From: Ramazzottius varieornatus
Lineage: Eukaryota > Animalia > Tardigrada
Length of the DNA: 64,000 nt
Direction: 5' to 3'
Assembly (NCBI GenBank): GCA_001949185.1
Contig: BDGG01000010.1
Location: 411,337 to 475,336 of the forward strand
Shown here in pieces: positions 63,021 through 64,000 of this stretch. The position numbers and the translations under genes were made by a program. The notes under the pieces were generated by a model. It was given only the letters and a program-made list of their open reading frames with translations. It did no database searches and had not been told where the DNA came from. Each line of letters starts with the position of its first letter. Position 1 is the stretch's first letter.

Positions 63021-64000
63021 TATTTTGAAGAGGATATTTGTCAAATATTTTCGGTAATGTACTTAGTCAGGAATGAAAATATCAGTGCAGTGGTGGTATG
63101 CGGCAAAATTGCATGGTGCGCCAAAATAGACAGTGATGGATCTTTGGATGTTTGATCCGCCTACATGTAATTGCATGATATCAAAGCGCGCGGGCTACAA
63201 GTAGCATTTGAGCTAAATTGTAAAGTACATGTTTGTACGGTTGTAATGTTTGGGAGAGATGCTTGAGGGCTGGAAGAGCGTCGATGAGGGTAGAGGCCTT
63301 TCAAAGAGCTGGCGATCGCGATGCATGGATGACTGGGCAGGGATTTTGTGCAGAAGTTATGTAGTTGCAAAGGAGCAGGTGGTGCCTATCGGCCATGCTG
63401 ATTGTCAGGAGCAGAGGCAGACAGGCATTGTGATCCCTGCTGTGAAGTTAAGCGAAAGCGCTACCAAGCGGAAACAGATTCCGATGGCGCAAAAGTCAAT
63501 GCAACAATATCCTATAGAATTATTGCTCTGCGGGGTTTTTACCAGAGCTAACTTTGCTTCATGCTAGTACCCACAGGGTCCTCTTGGGTCTCATGCATAA
63601 TCCGAGGATGTACCAAGCAGGGATTGTTCGGCTCTTTTCAAGCTCAGATAAGTTGAATCAACGTTGCTTTCAAGCGTGGTTTATTGTTATCCGAAAGAAA
63701 AGGCCCCTGTACACACAAAACGCTAAAAAGACCTCTTCAGATCTTCTCGACCAGCGCAGGACGTTGGCCTGTCATAATGGATCCCATGCCTTTCGTGCAA
63801 CACCGTACATTCGAAATTTGAAGACATGAAGACAGGTTGATTATCCGGCCAATATCAGCGTTCGGAAAGACCTTCAGAATCGGGAAATCTCAACTGTCTT
63901 GCTGAAGTTCCCATAGTCGAAGTGACCTTTTAGTCCAGTGTTTCGGTGTTTGTGCATTACTTCGTTACAAAAATTAGCTCAGACGAATTTCAAGTACTAT

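Overview
Gene-dense, intron-rich eukaryotic (invertebrate animal) genomic DNA with mostly 55-90 nt GT-AG introns. The compactness and base composition are tardigrade-like, but that is inference only. Spliced genes in order: BUB3 (+), a Y-box/cold-shock protein (+), an EML/EMAP microtubule protein (+), a Piccolo-like active-zone scaffold (-), LIS1 (-) head-to-head with VMP1 (+), clueless/CLUH (+), casein kinase 1 gamma (+) and a Lhx1/5 LIM-homeobox gene running off the right edge. A small intronless DUF1917/Bles03-like ORF (-) lies between EML and Piccolo-like. Between VMP1 and CLU is an ~11 kb accessory block: an inverted copy of the CLU 3' end plus the CK1-gamma upstream region, hAT-type elements, an intron-containing pogo-like transposon and a decayed unknown coding sequence. 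The most notable unexplained structures are a ~100-190 bp palindromic element (core AAGTGGCGCA...TGCGCCACTT) found about 15 times, always in introns, and the inverted duplication, which makes the 5' part of CLU a potentially invertible segment. Exon boundaries were read by eye and may be off by a few bases.
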